Positions 1-9,504 of a stretch of 49,179 bases of DNA are shown here, piece after piece; the first letter of the stretch is position 1, and each line of letters starts with the position of its first letter. Under the pieces are notes generated by a model. It saw only the letters and a list, made by a program, of their open reading frames with translations. It did not search any database and was not told the origin of the DNA. A program made the position numbers and the translations under genes. The stretch is from Candidatus Azotimanducaceae bacterium (lineage in GTDB: Bacteria; Actinomycetota; Acidimicrobiia; Acidimicrobiales; Ilumatobacteraceae). Location: assembly GCA_047635555.1 (NCBI GenBank), contig JBLIKS010000001.1, positions 1 through 49,179 of the forward strand, in the 5' to 3' direction.

Positions 1-379
1 CTGACTCACCACCCGGTGACAGCGGATTCTCCCAGTCGGTCCACGGCGCGATGCCGTACTTTGCCGTGTACTCGGCAATCTTCATGCCTTCAGCTTCGCC
101 CGAGGTGCGCTCCATCAGGTCGGCATGCTGCTCAGGCACGATGCCGAGCGGCTCGGAGATGATCTCAGCAGTGTGGACCGCACGCCGCATTGTCGACACC
201 AGCACGACATCAGGTGTCATCGACGGGTCGGCCGCAAGCCGATCGCGCAAGGCTTCGGCCTGGGCAACGCCCAGGTCGGTCAAGCCGCCACATGTGTCCT
301 GACCGCTCAACCACCCACCCGCATTCGAGGCCGACTGGCCGTGGCGGATCAGGATCATGCGGGTCACATCGGAGCTCAT
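1..379 (-). CDS. Histidine phosphatase (phosphoglycerate mutase-like) family protein, runs off the window edge
   Basis: Not in the ORF track. Manual translation from ATG 379 gives MSSDVTRMILIRHGQSASNAGGWLSG..GLTDLGVAQAEAL..STMRRAVHTA, with the RHG motif and typical LT..G..QA and S...RA..TA segments. Confidence 0.85.
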   Translation of the reverse strand, partial: MSSDVTRMILIRHGQSASNAGGWLSGQDTCGGLTDLGVAQAEALRDRLAADPSMTPDVVLVSTMRRAVHTAEIISEPLGIVPEQHADLMERTSGEAEGMKIAEYTAKYGIAPWTDWENPLSPGGES

Positions 380-450
380 TGTGGTCCAGCATGACACGCC
401 GCTCGGACGCGCGGACAGCCGCGCCTGCCGGGCAGCCGTACGCTTGATGT

Positions 451-2562
451 ATGACCGACGTGCTCAAGCCCGCCGCCACGCGAACGATCAACGGCACGTG
501 CCACCACGACTGCCCCGATTCGTGCGGCTGGATCGTCACGGTCGAAGACCGCCCGGCCGGGCCCGTTGCCGTCAAATTACGCGGCAACCCCGACCATCCA
601 TACTCGGCGGGCGAGCTGTGCCCCAAGGTCAACCGATTCCTCGACCGGGTCTACTCTCCCGACCGACTGCTGCATCCGATGCGCCGAGTCGGTCTGAAGG
701 GCGCCGGCGACTTCGAGCAGATCAGCTGGGACGACGCCCTCACCGAGATCGCAACCAATCTCCACCGCGTCATTCGCGAACACGGCCCCGAAGCGGTGCT
801 CCCCTACTCCGACGCCGGCAACCAGAGCATGCTTGCTCTGATGGGGCTGAGCGGGCGATTCTTCGGCCACATGGGCGCGACCAAACTCGACCGGAACATC
901 TGCGGCGTCACCGTCGGTGTCGGTATGGCCAAGACAGTAGGTTCGCCCCGCGGCATCGACCCGATGCAGCACCTGCACTCGAAGCTGCTGATTCTCTGGG
1001 GCACAAACACTCGCCTCACCAACCGGCACCTGTGGCCAACCATCGAGGCGGCCCGAGCCAACGGGGCGCGCCTCGTCGTCATCGACCCCATTCGGACCGT
1101 TACCGCCGACGCCATCGACGAAGCACGGGGCGACCAGTTCATTCAGCCGTTCCCCGGCACCGACATCGCCATGATTCTCGCGATGATGCACGTACTGATC
1201 CGCGACGAACTCACCGATCAGGCATGGATTGATGCCCACACGCTGGGCTTTTCCGAACTCCAGGATGAGGTTGCTGATTGGACGCCCGCACGAGCTGCTG
1301 ACGCATGCGGTGTACCCGCCGACGTCATCACACAGCTCGCTCACGACTACGCAACCGTGCGCCCGGCCGGAATTCGCACGCTGATCGGCCCCGAACACCA
1401 CGAAAACGGTGCGATGTTTCACCGCACACTCAGCTGCCTGCCCGCCCTCACCGGCGCCTGGGCCGAGCGCGGTGGCGGCGTCTCGAAGAGCACCGGCGAT
1501 TGGACCGAGTGCCAGATGGACGTCGACGCCATTCTCCGACCCGACCTCGAGGTCGGCAATTCCCGCACACTCAACATGAGCCGGCTCGGTCAGATTCTCA
1601 CGCACCCTCATGCCGGAGAAAACGACGGCCCCGCCGTGCATGCGTTCATCAACTGGAACTGCAACCCAGTCGTCACCACACCGAACGCAGAGTTGATTAA
1701 GCAGGGCCTCCTGCGTGATGACATTTTCACCGTCGTGCACGAACAGTTCCTCACCGACACCGCCAAATACGCAGACATCGTGCTCCCGGCGACCACCCAA
1801 ATCGAAGCCGACGACATCGTTTTCTCCTGGGGTTCGTTGCACACCAACTACAACAATGCGGCGATTCCTCCGCTCGGCGAGAGCGTCAGCAACCCCGAGC
1901 TGTTCCGCCGTCTCGCTGGTGCGATGGGCTACACCGAGCCGGCACTGTTCGACGACGACGAGACCCTCATGCGTGAGGGTGCTCCCGACCTCGACCTCGA
2001 CGGGCTACGCGACACCATGTGGCAAGAAGCGCCATACCCAGCCGACGGTCGACCCTTCGGCGACGGCGACTTCGACACTCCATCAGGTCGCCTCCATCTC
2101 GCCTCCGACGAACTCGAAGCAATGGGTCAACCGCGTGTGCCCACCTACATTGCACCGAATGAGGGGCCCGGCGGCGACCCCGCACTCGTCGCGCTGTACC
2201 CACTGCAGTTACTCACCCCGAAGCACCACGCTCGGTTTCTCAACTCGGGGTACTCGCACCTCCCGAAGCACGGTCCAGCCGAAGGTGGCCCGTTTGTCGA
2301 ACTCGACGCCATTGACGCTGCCGCTCGGCAACTCGTCGACGGTGCGACCGCACGCGTGTGGAACGGACGGGCGACGGTTCAGCTCCCGGTGAAGATCTCC
2401 ACGCGACTCCGGCCCGGCGTTGTCGCCATCCCTTGGGGTTGGTGGATGCAAGATCACCCCGACGGCAAGGCCGCCAACGCCCTGACCAATGACACCCTGA
2501 CCGAATGGGGCGGCGGCGTCGCCTTTTCTGACACCCTCGTCGAAGTCGCCGCGCTCACCTGA
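451..2562 (+). CDS. Molybdopterin-dependent oxidoreductase (DMSO reductase superfamily) with N-terminal Fe-S motif, no Tat signal
   Basis: CHHDCPDSC...LCPK motif, ISWDDAL, VVIDP, YADIVLPAT, and a C-terminal molybdopterin dinucleotide-binding domain. Confidence 0.9.
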   Translation: MTDVLKPAATRTINGTCHHDCPDSCGWIVTVEDRPAGPVAVKLRGNPDHPYSAGELCPKVNRFLDRVYSPDRLLHPMRRVGLKGAGDFEQISWDDALTEIATNLHRVIREHGPEAVLPYSDAGNQSMLALMGLSGRFFGHMGATKLDRNICGVTVGVGMAKTVGSPRGIDPMQHLHSKLLILWGTNTRLTNRHLWPTIEAARANGARLVVIDPIRTVTADAIDEARGDQFIQPFPGTDIAMILAMMHVLIRDELTDQAWIDAHTLGFSELQDEVADWTPARAADACGVPADVITQLAHDYATVRPAGIRTLIGPEHHENGAMFHRTLSCLPALTGAWAERGGGVSKSTGDWTECQMDVDAILRPDLEVGNSRTLNMSRLGQILTHPHAGENDGPAVHAFINWNCNPVVTTPNAELIKQGLLRDDIFTVVHEQFLTDTAKYADIVLPATTQIEADDIVFSWGSLHTNYNNAAIPPLGESVSNPELFRRLAGAMGYTEPALFDDDETLMREGAPDLDLDGLRDTMWQEAPYPADGRPFGDGDFDTPSGRLHLASDELEAMGQPRVPTYIAPNEGPGGDPALVALYPLQLLTPKHHARFLNSGYSHLPKHGPAEGGPFVELDAIDAAARQLVDGATARVWNGRATVQLPVKISTRLRPGVVAIPWGWWMQDHPDGKAANALTNDTLTEWGGGVAFSDTLVEVAALT

Positions 2563-2579
2563 CACCCAGTCCCTTCCAG

Positions 2580-4178
2580 CTAGATCGGGGTTTGGGGGAT
2601 CGGGGCCAGCGTCGTGGTGGTTGTCGTCGTGGTGGTTGTCGTCGTGGTGATGTCGAGACGTTGTGTGAAGAGGACTTGAACGGTGCCGTCGGGGCTAAGA
2701 AGTTCGCCGATTGCTTGGACCACGCCGGCTGCGTTGGGTTGTTCGGGGCCGGTCACTTCGATAACCACTTGCCCATCGATCACCGTGAGGTTTTGCAAGA
2801 CCAGGCCATTGCCTGTCGCCCAGGCCCTGGCGACCACGCCAACACGCTGAGACAGGACCTCATCCGGGGTGGGCTCGGGTTCGCCCTGCGCCACTTCTTG
2901 ACGCTCGAGCCAGGTCAGTTCGACGACCAGAGTCTCGGCAAACTCTGCGTCGAGGCGCGCACCCAGCGCCTGCACCGACGGGGCGTTGCCAACACCGCTG
3001 ACATCCACACGCACCACGTTCCCCTCGACCGACAGCGCGTCGAGGCGACGGCCCGAGGGCGGTCCACCGTCGAGCAACCAGGCCTGCACCACTGCCTGGA
3101 CTCGAACGAGCCGAAGCTCTTCTTCGGACGGCGGCCGTTCCGTCGTCGTCGTGACCGCCTCGAAACGCTCGACCTTGTCCCACGCAGTCGACACGATCCT
3201 GTCAGCACCAAACTCGGCCTGCATCAGTTCAACCATCGACTGCTCATCAATCGGCTCTTCGAAACTCGTCACGTTGACAAAGATGCGATCTCCATCGAAC
3301 GTAATGTCCGAACTCGTCGTCTCGGTGGTGGCCAACCAGTCAGACACGAGCAACTGCGCTCGAACCTGTTGATCACTCGCCTCGACTGCCGACGTCGACG
3401 CTCGGTAGAGCGGAATAGCGATCGCCACCAACAACGCCGCAACGCCAATACCGACAGCGAGTGAACGGGTGCCCATCATTGCCAAGCGCTTCGGCGGTAC
3501 AAACCCAGTGATCACGAACACGATCGCACCTGCCAAAACAATCGCCGCCAGGTTGGTCGTATAGAGGAGCATTGCGCCGCGAGCAAACGTCATCTGCCCG
3601 GCTTCAAGCGAAATTCCAACGGTAGCCAGCGGCGGCACAAGCGCCACAGCGACAGCCACGCCTGGCAGCGATGACGATGCGTCTTTTCGAACCGTTGCGT
3701 ACGCGCCGGCAAAGCCGGCCCCGAGGGCGACAACAAGGTCACGGATGTCCGGGGCAGTGCGGCTGGTGACCTCGCGCGGCAGATCGCCATTCACGAACAA
3801 CGCCGCCAACACGTAGGACAACGCGATTGCGCAAAGCGTTGCCAGCGCGATCATGCCGAACCATCCCAACGACTTCCGGAAGAGCGCCATCGAAATGCAT
3901 GCAGCAGTTGCCAAGACAGGCTGCATCAACGGAGCCAGCAGCATGGCGCCGATCACCACGGCCGCAGAGTCAGCCGACAGGCCCATCACCGCAACCACCA
4001 CGGACAACGTCAGCATCGTCGTAAAGCGGAAGCCCCAGTGTTCCTGCCGCTTGATGCCAAGTTCAGCCATCACGCGCTGGCGTTCTTCGGAATCGAGGTG
4101 GCGATGCCACCACACCGGCGGGCGTTTCAGCGTCGACAAGGTTGGGTCGCCGGATTCTCGATCGTCAGCGTCCGCCAC
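2580..4178 (-). CDS. DUF389-family multi-pass membrane protein with extended C-terminal region and 13-Thr run
   Basis: AVVIGAMLLAPLMQP, SRTAP..DL.VAL and LPGVAVAVALVPPL are typical of DUF389. Start moved to GTG 4178, which has TATCCT 8 nt upstream and avoids overlap with the divergent gene. Confidence 0.8.
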   Translation of the reverse strand: MADADDRESGDPTLSTLKRPPVWWHRHLDSEERQRVMAELGIKRQEHWGFRFTTMLTLSVVVAVMGLSADSAAVVIGAMLLAPLMQPVLATAACISMALFRKSLGWFGMIALATLCAIALSYVLAALFVNGDLPREVTSRTAPDIRDLVVALGAGFAGAYATVRKDASSSLPGVAVAVALVPPLATVGISLEAGQMTFARGAMLLYTTNLAAIVLAGAIVFVITGFVPPKRLAMMGTRSLAVGIGVAALLVAIAIPLYRASTSAVEASDQQVRAQLLVSDWLATTETTSSDITFDGDRIFVNVTSFEEPIDEQSMVELMQAEFGADRIVSTAWDKVERFEAVTTTTERPPSEEELRLVRVQAVVQAWLLDGGPPSGRRLDALSVEGNVVRVDVSGVGNAPSVQALGARLDAEFAETLVVELTWLERQEVAQGEPEPTPDEVLSQRVGVVARAWATGNGLVLQNLTVIDGQVVIEVTGPEQPNAAGVVQAIGELLSPDGTVQVLFTQRLDITTTTTTTTTTTTTLAPIPQTPI

Positions 4179-4238
4179 AGTGCGAGAGGATACGGGCAGA
4201 CACCAGGGCCGGTCGGGCACCCCGAGTAACCTGACGAA

Positions 4239-5498
4239 ATGGCCGGCGAACTGATCTACGCATTTCGTGTGCTGCGTCTTCCACTGCTCGACGCCGGTGG
4301 TTCGCCAATCGGACGGATCCAAGACCTCGTAGCAATCCCGGGCCGACCCGGCACGAACGGCGAGCCCGACACCCCACCGCGCATCGTCGGCTTCGTCGCA
4401 TCAAGCCAGCGCAGACGTATCTTCGTCAACGCGAACCGCATCGCCGAGCTGAACAGCGACGGTGCTCGCTTGCAAAGCTGGGACATCGATCTCAACCCGT
4501 TCAAGCCCAGGCCCGGCGAGGTGCTGATCAACGCCGAGCTGATCGATCGCAAGGTCGGAACCGAGATCGTCAGCGACATTGCAATGCGCCGCAAGTCCGA
4601 CGGTCGATCCAGCTGGTGGGAAATCGACAAGGTCCGCCTGACCGCTAAGAACACGCTGCGACGACGATCGACGTATCGACTCGTCGACTTCGAAGAGGTG
4701 CCTGCGCTCTTTGATCAGCCAACCGAGATGCAGGCCGAGGCCGCTCGCCTGCGCGACTTCCACCCGGCCGAAGTTGCTGCGTTCGTGCGCTCGCTCCCCA
4801 ACGAACAACGTCGTCTGATCGCCGAAGCAATGGATGACGAACGACTCGCCGATGTTCTCGAAGAGCTGACCGAGGCCGAACAGGTGCGCATCGTGGAGAG
4901 CCTCGACCGTGAGCGACTCGAAGGCGTTTTCGACGAGATGGACTTCGACGATCTTGCCGACCTCCTCGGCCAGATGTCCGAGGTCAAACGGCAAGAGATG
5001 CTCGACGTGATGGGCGACGAGGACGCTGAAACCGTCCGCCGGCTCCTGTCGTACGAAGAAGGCACCGCAGGCGGCCTGATGACACCGGAGGTCATCATCC
5101 TCGGCCCACACGTCACCGTCTCGGAAGCACTCGCCCAAATACGCCACCCTGACTGGGTCGTCAGTATCGCCGCCCAGGTCTTCGTGTGTAACGCACCGTT
5201 CAAATCCCCGACCGGCAAGTTCCTCGGCATCGCGCACATGCAGCGCCTGCTGCGCGAACCACCGAACATGGAAATTGGTCGATTGCTCGACGATGTGCCG
5301 ATCGTCGCGCCTGACACATCTGACCGTGATGTCGCCGAACGTCTGGCCAGCTACGACATGCTCGCTGTTGCCGTCTGCGACGCCGCAGGCCGCCTGCTCG
5401 GCGCCGTCACCGTCGATGACGTGATCGACCGGATGCTCGGCCCGGCATGGCGCACCCGACGCAAGCCAAGCCCGACACCCGAAGTGAGCAAGTCGTGA
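4239..5498 (+). CDS. MgtE N-terminal domain plus CBS-pair protein (soluble, actinobacterial type)
   Basis: PRC-barrel-like N-terminus, acidic helical repeats, LLSYEEGTAGGLMT and GRLLGAVTVDDVID. No MgtE transmembrane domain. Confidence 0.85.
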   Translation: MAGELIYAFRVLRLPLLDAGGSPIGRIQDLVAIPGRPGTNGEPDTPPRIVGFVASSQRRRIFVNANRIAELNSDGARLQSWDIDLNPFKPRPGEVLINAELIDRKVGTEIVSDIAMRRKSDGRSSWWEIDKVRLTAKNTLRRRSTYRLVDFEEVPALFDQPTEMQAEAARLRDFHPAEVAAFVRSLPNEQRRLIAEAMDDERLADVLEELTEAEQVRIVESLDRERLEGVFDEMDFDDLADLLGQMSEVKRQEMLDVMGDEDAETVRRLLSYEEGTAGGLMTPEVIILGPHVTVSEALAQIRHPDWVVSIAAQVFVCNAPFKSPTGKFLGIAHMQRLLREPPNMEIGRLLDDVPIVAPDTSDRDVAERLASYDMLAVAVCDAAGRLLGAVTVDDVIDRMLGPAWRTRRKPSPTPEVSKS

Positions 5499-6037
5499 AG
5501 CGGCGCGAAGATCTGACCGCACCGCGCTCTCGCCGGCGGCTGGGCCTCACCTATGACTCCGATGCGTTCGGTAGCTTCGCAGAATCGATTGCCAACTTCC
5601 TCGGCACCGCACGCTTCCTGGTGTGGCAGACAGTTGTCGTCAGCCTGTGGATCATCCACAACGCGTTTGCCCCACGCGACCTGCAATTCGACCCGTGGGA
5701 CCGCGGCCTCGTGCTGCTCACCCTGGTGCTCTCGATCCAAGCTTCGTACGCTGCACCGCTAATTTTGCTCGCACAGTCGCGCCAAGAACGGCGCGACCGC
5801 GTGACATCAGAGACCGACCGTGAAGTTGCCGAACGGACTCAGGCCGACACCGAGTTCCTCGCACGAGAAATCGCCAGCGTTCGGGTATCGCTCACCGACA
5901 TGGTCACCGGCGAAGACATCGGTGATCGTCTCGACCAAATGAGCGAAATGATCGAACGTCTCTCGCTCCAGGTGGGTCAGCTCTCTGGCGATGCAGTCAC
6001 CATCGAGAGCAGTTCAACGGTCAACGAAGCGAACTGA
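5495..6037 (+). CDS. DUF1003 membrane protein
   Basis: FD.W....LL.LVLS.QASYAAPLILLAQ motif and ADTEFLAREI. GTGA overlap with the upstream stop; usual partner of the MgtE-N gene in Actinobacteria. Confidence 0.85.
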   Translation: MKRREDLTAPRSRRRLGLTYDSDAFGSFAESIANFLGTARFLVWQTVVVSLWIIHNAFAPRDLQFDPWDRGLVLLTLVLSIQASYAAPLILLAQSRQERRDRVTSETDREVAERTQADTEFLAREIASVRVSLTDMVTGEDIGDRLDQMSEMIERLSLQVGQLSGDAVTIESSSTVNEAN

Positions 6038-6864
6038 TCGGGCGCTTCCCACGGCGCGAGGTGGTCGGTGGCTATTTCCCGGGTTTGGGCACCCAGGGCC
6101 TTGGCCAGCGCACGCTGCTTACGGGGCCGGACGAGTCGATCGTTCGTGGTGATCAGCATGGCTGCAGGAATCCCCAGCGACGGAGCCCACGATGTGGCGT
6201 CGTACTTGCCCAGCGCCTGACCAGCCTGGGTGACCGCACCGATGTCGGCACGTTGACTCTCGCCACGCAACCAGGGGACCAGACGGTTGAGCGAATGACC
6301 GTCTGCCAGCATCTTCTCCAGGAACCGCTTCATGAATCGGCCGGCCACGCGTGACCGCAACGCTGATCCGATCAGCGGAAGGAATCTCCACTGCAACCGC
6401 TCACGCAGTGTGCCGTTCCACTCCAAGGCGGTGGCCTGTGTGATCAGACCGGTAACGAGGTCCGGATGGCGACGGGCGAGCAGCATCGAGATCGGCCCAC
6501 CCATTGAGTAACCAATCGCGGTGACGCCGCTGATCCCGAGTTCACGAACGACAGCCGCAGCATCGTCTGCACAGTCTTCCAGCGTGAAAGAGGCCGGTGT
6601 CCGAAGGCCACGACCATGACCACGATGATCGATGCCGACGAACGAGCAGACCGCAGCCAACGCCCTGTAGGCCGTGAAGAACTGCAGATCGCTCGACGCT
6701 GTCCAACCATGAAGGAGGAGCACCGTCGGCGCCGACGAATCGGCATGCTCATGGTGCCGGATAAAGAATTCTCCCCGACCATCGATGACAACGACCTTGC
6801 TCTCTGGCAGCCACGGCATCGAGAGGCTGGTCGAGTCGGGCGTCGGAACACTGGTCTCAGTCAT
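5977..6864 (-). CDS. Alpha/beta hydrolase
   Basis: LLHGW, DHRGHG and the GYSMGG nucleophile elbow. Start set at ATG 6864, overlapping the end of the upstream gene. Confidence 0.85.
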   Translation of the reverse strand: MTETSVPTPDSTSLSMPWLPESKVVVIDGRGEFFIRHHEHADSSAPTVLLLHGWTASSDLQFFTAYRALAAVCSFVGIDHRGHGRGLRTPASFTLEDCADDAAAVVRELGISGVTAIGYSMGGPISMLLARRHPDLVTGLITQATALEWNGTLRERLQWRFLPLIGSALRSRVAGRFMKRFLEKMLADGHSLNRLVPWLRGESQRADIGAVTQAGQALGKYDATSWAPSLGIPAAMLITTNDRLVRPRKQRALAKALGAQTREIATDHLAPWEAPDQFASLTVELLSMVTASPES

Positions 6865-7822
6865 GTGGTTTCTTTTCCGGGCTGAGTTGTGGGATGCCGG
6901 TGAACTCCTGGAGGCGAACACCGAGCCGCTCGATGGTGTGCAACAGGCCGAGGGTGTCAAGTTCAGCGGCGCCGCTGGAAACGACGCCAGCGCGGAGCGA
7001 CCCGTCGAGAACCGCACCGGCAAATGCAGTCGCCGTCGCGGCGGCACTCGTCGCGACCAGTTCGGCCACGCCGGCAATCAGCGTGATTCGCTCGCCCGTG
7101 GCAGCACGTCCGCGGACCTCGACGCGAACGGCACCGACCCCGCCCTCGCTGTGGGGTGGTCTGAGCATCGGGAGGCGGGCGGTGAGGCGGTCACGTCGGT
7201 TTGCCGAGACGCGTGCGCTGATCCGACGGACCTCGGGGAAGTTCTGGTGGACCAGCATCGGTGACGGCAACTCGGCCCGATAGCAATCGTAGGCACCGAC
7301 TGGTTCAGGGAACCAACACAATTCTCGGCCGGAGCCGGCCGGCTTGACAATCGGCTCACCATCGTGCCAGCCATGCGCATGCCCAGCCAGTGCGCGGTGA
7401 TGCTGGCGCGCGCACGCAGGGCCGGCAGTGCCGTGCACGGCGACATGAATCTCGTCACACGACTCAAGTTGCCCGACAAGGTGACGCGCCAAGAGACCGG
7501 TCAACCCTGGAGACATCCCAGCCCCGACAACCAGCGGGACACCCTGGAGGCGGGCTGTGTCGTCGAGTTCGAGCAGCGCCTGCACATCAGCGACCCTGTC
7601 GGTGACCGACACGATGGGCACGCCCATTGCGACCAGACGAGTTGCTGATCGAATTTGCGGGCCGCCGTGCGCCAGGATTGCGACGTCGGCACCACGCGCC
7701 GCTGACATATCGCCACGTGGATCAACCTGGATCACCTGGCAGCCGGGCGCGACAAAATTGAGTCGTTTTGCAATGCGGCCGCCGGTGACACCGTTGCCGA
7801 CGAGCGCGACGCGGCTGGCCAT
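6857..7822 (-). CDS. NAD(P)-dependent oxidoreductase, saccharopine dehydrogenase-like
   Basis: N-terminal Rossmann-like VALVGNGVTG and GAGMSPGLTGLLA, typical of saccharopine dehydrogenase-like proteins. Confidence 0.7.
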   Translation of the reverse strand: MASRVALVGNGVTGGRIAKRLNFVAPGCQVIQVDPRGDMSAARGADVAILAHGGPQIRSATRLVAMGVPIVSVTDRVADVQALLELDDTARLQGVPLVVGAGMSPGLTGLLARHLVGQLESCDEIHVAVHGTAGPACARQHHRALAGHAHGWHDGEPIVKPAGSGRELCWFPEPVGAYDCYRAELPSPMLVHQNFPEVRRISARVSANRRDRLTARLPMLRPPHSEGGVGAVRVEVRGRAATGERITLIAGVAELVATSAAATATAFAGAVLDGSLRAGVVSSGAAELDTLGLLHTIERLGVRLQEFTGIPQLSPEKKPHD

Positions 7823-7956
7823 CAGCGGTCCGGCAGCTCAAGCGGCCGCCAACCACCATGCTGCGGGGGCGTGCCGCCAGTGCCGCGGATTCGAAGGCAC
7901 GCAGCAAACGTACCAGCCAACAAAATCGCCGAAATCGCACCTCGCAGGAGCTTCAT
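7822..7956 (-). CDS. Small (44 aa) single-TM hypothetical protein
   Basis: MKLLRGAISAILLAGTFAACLRIRGTGGTPPQHGGWRPLELPDR. Its TGA overlaps the next ATG (TGATG), and CATGCT lies 6 nt upstream of the start. Confidence 0.6.
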   Translation of the reverse strand: MKLLRGAISAILLAGTFAACLRIRGTGGTPPQHGGWRPLELPDR

Positions 7957-8032
7957 CAGCAGAGCATGTTCGGCCCACGACGCGAATGCAACCTCGCTCG
8001 TCGTACACAGCGCCACGCTGGCTGAAAACCGA

Positions 8033-8065
8033 AACGAGACCCACCGATTGCTCGGGGGTCTCGTT
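8033..8065 (-). terminator. Stem-loop terminator downstream of tRNA-Ile
   Basis: AACGAGACCC-A-CCGA-TTGC-TCGG-GGGTCTCGTT inverted repeat, followed on the minus strand by TCGGTTTT. Confidence 0.7.
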
Positions 8066-8072
8066 ACTGGAG

Positions 8073-8146
8073 TGGGGCTACCTGGAATCGAACCAGGGAC
8101 CTCATCGTTATCAGCGATGCGCTCTAACCGACTGAGCTATAGCCCC
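8073..8146 (-). tRNA. tRNA-Ile (anticodon GAT), CCA not encoded
   Basis: GGGGCTATAGCTCAGTCGGTTAGAGCGCATCGCTGATAACGATGAGGTCCCTGGTTCGATTCCAGGTAGCCCCA folds as a cloverleaf; canonical position downstream of gyrA. Confidence 0.97.
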
Positions 8147-8229
8147 AGCAGGTACGAGACGTTATCGGCCGACAGTCGGATCAACACCGCGCGGTTCTCG
8201 ACCAGTGCGATCAAACACAAAAACGGTCG

Positions 8230-9138
8230 TCAGCGTTCGATATGACTGGAGTCATCGACGATCGCTTCGAGAATGATCGGGCCAGAAGCATCGTTGAACA
8301 CGGCAGGGATCTCGGGCTCCGGACGGCGCACCACGAAACGGCGCATCGGCGATGACCGTGATTCGACGACTTCTTCTTCAAGCACCGTAAACCGAATACC
8401 GCCGACCAGATCTGTGATGAGGTTGAAAAGAGATGCGAGGAGCAAAGCGAGGCCAGTCAGGCCAAGGACTCCGAAGAGCCCTGCGATCCAGGCGGCGTGG
8501 TAGATCTCGCCACCATTGAAATCGAACGACTGCCAGCCGAAAGACTCGAAGAATCGCTCAACGTTTTCGACGGTACCGGTCGCATATGCAACGTTCCACA
8601 GCAGCACAGAAGCGGTCAACACGGTCAAATACAACACCATGTTCGCGATGATCGCGATCTTGAACACCGACCACGGATCAACGTGGCGGACCACTCGCGT
8701 GACCTTGCGGACACGCGCCTTGCGACCGAGAATCCGGGGCACCTTGAGCGGGACTGGAACCGGCGCCGGGTCGTAGTCGAAGGGCTTTTTCGGCCGACGC
8801 CGACCGGACGTGGTGTCGTCTTGCGGGGCGGCATCGACGACCGGCCCGTCGATGTCGGCACGACGAAGCTCTTCGAGAATGTCGTCTGACGCCTCGCGAT
8901 CGGGGATCTGAGCATCTTTGGCCTCAGCGCCGTGACTGTCCGCAGCATCACTGTCCGCGCTGCCACTGCCCGTGCTACCTTCGGTCGCGAAGACAATGGC
9001 CGGGACATCAAGCGTTTGATCATCGTCGATGAGCTCCTCAACGACCTCGTCAGCCCTCGACGAATCAAGCTCTTCTTCGGTGGCACTCACCTCGCCGAGT
9101 GTACGCAACCCACCGGCGATGATCCCGTCAAGCAACAT
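8230..9138 (-). CDS. DUF3566 domain membrane protein with acidic disordered N-terminus
   Basis: RHVDPWSVFK and LFNLITDLVGGI motifs; conserved position between gyrA and tRNA-Ile. Alternative start at GTG 9090. Confidence 0.85.
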   Translation of the reverse strand: MLLDGIIAGGLRTLGEVSATEEELDSSRADEVVEELIDDDQTLDVPAIVFATEGSTGSGSADSDAADSHGAEAKDAQIPDREASDDILEELRRADIDGPVVDAAPQDDTTSGRRRPKKPFDYDPAPVPVPLKVPRILGRKARVRKVTRVVRHVDPWSVFKIAIIANMVLYLTVLTASVLLWNVAYATGTVENVERFFESFGWQSFDFNGGEIYHAAWIAGLFGVLGLTGLALLLASLFNLITDLVGGIRFTVLEEEVVESRSSPMRRFVVRRPEPEIPAVFNDASGPIILEAIVDDSSHIER

Positions 9139-9177
9139 GGCTTCACCCGCATAGGCGCATTGCTACACGGGTCGACA

Positions 9178-9504
9178 TTACGGTGCATTCGTTGCTCGGG
9201 CTGTCGCTGTGGTGTCGCCCAAGCGGACGACCACCGTGACCTGATGTGATTCCGGACCCCGGATCCAGGACACGACCATTGCACCATGGCGTTCTGCGTA
9301 CGTCGAAGCCGCCGGGGCCCCGCCGTCGAGCGATGCCAATGCGGCCGCGTCGGCTGCGGTCTGGGCACGCGCGCGCTGTTGGGCAATTGCGCCGAACTCG
9401 ACCAGGGCACTCATGAGTGCGATTCCCACCGCCACCACGACCACCAACAGGAATGCGGCCGATTGACCGGCATCGTTTCGTCGTTGCTTCATCAGCATCT
9501 CCAC
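9178..9504 (-). CDS. Tad/Flp pseudopilin-like protein (TadE/TadG-like, Rv3654c-like)
   Basis: Basic leader, then G|Q prepilin-like site, hydrophobic helix, and the RAQTAADAAALA motif. Confidence 0.75.
   Translation of the reverse strand: MEMLMKQRRNDAGQSAAFLLVVVVAVGIALMSALVEFGAIAQQRARAQTAADAAALASLDGGAPAASTYAERHGAMVVSWIRGPESHQVTVVVRLGDTTATARATNAP

Noticed and set aside
7957-8229. Second tRNA (tRNA-Ala) or an element integrated at tRNA-Ile
   Set aside because: No second cloverleaf, integrase or duplicated tRNA 3' end was seen.
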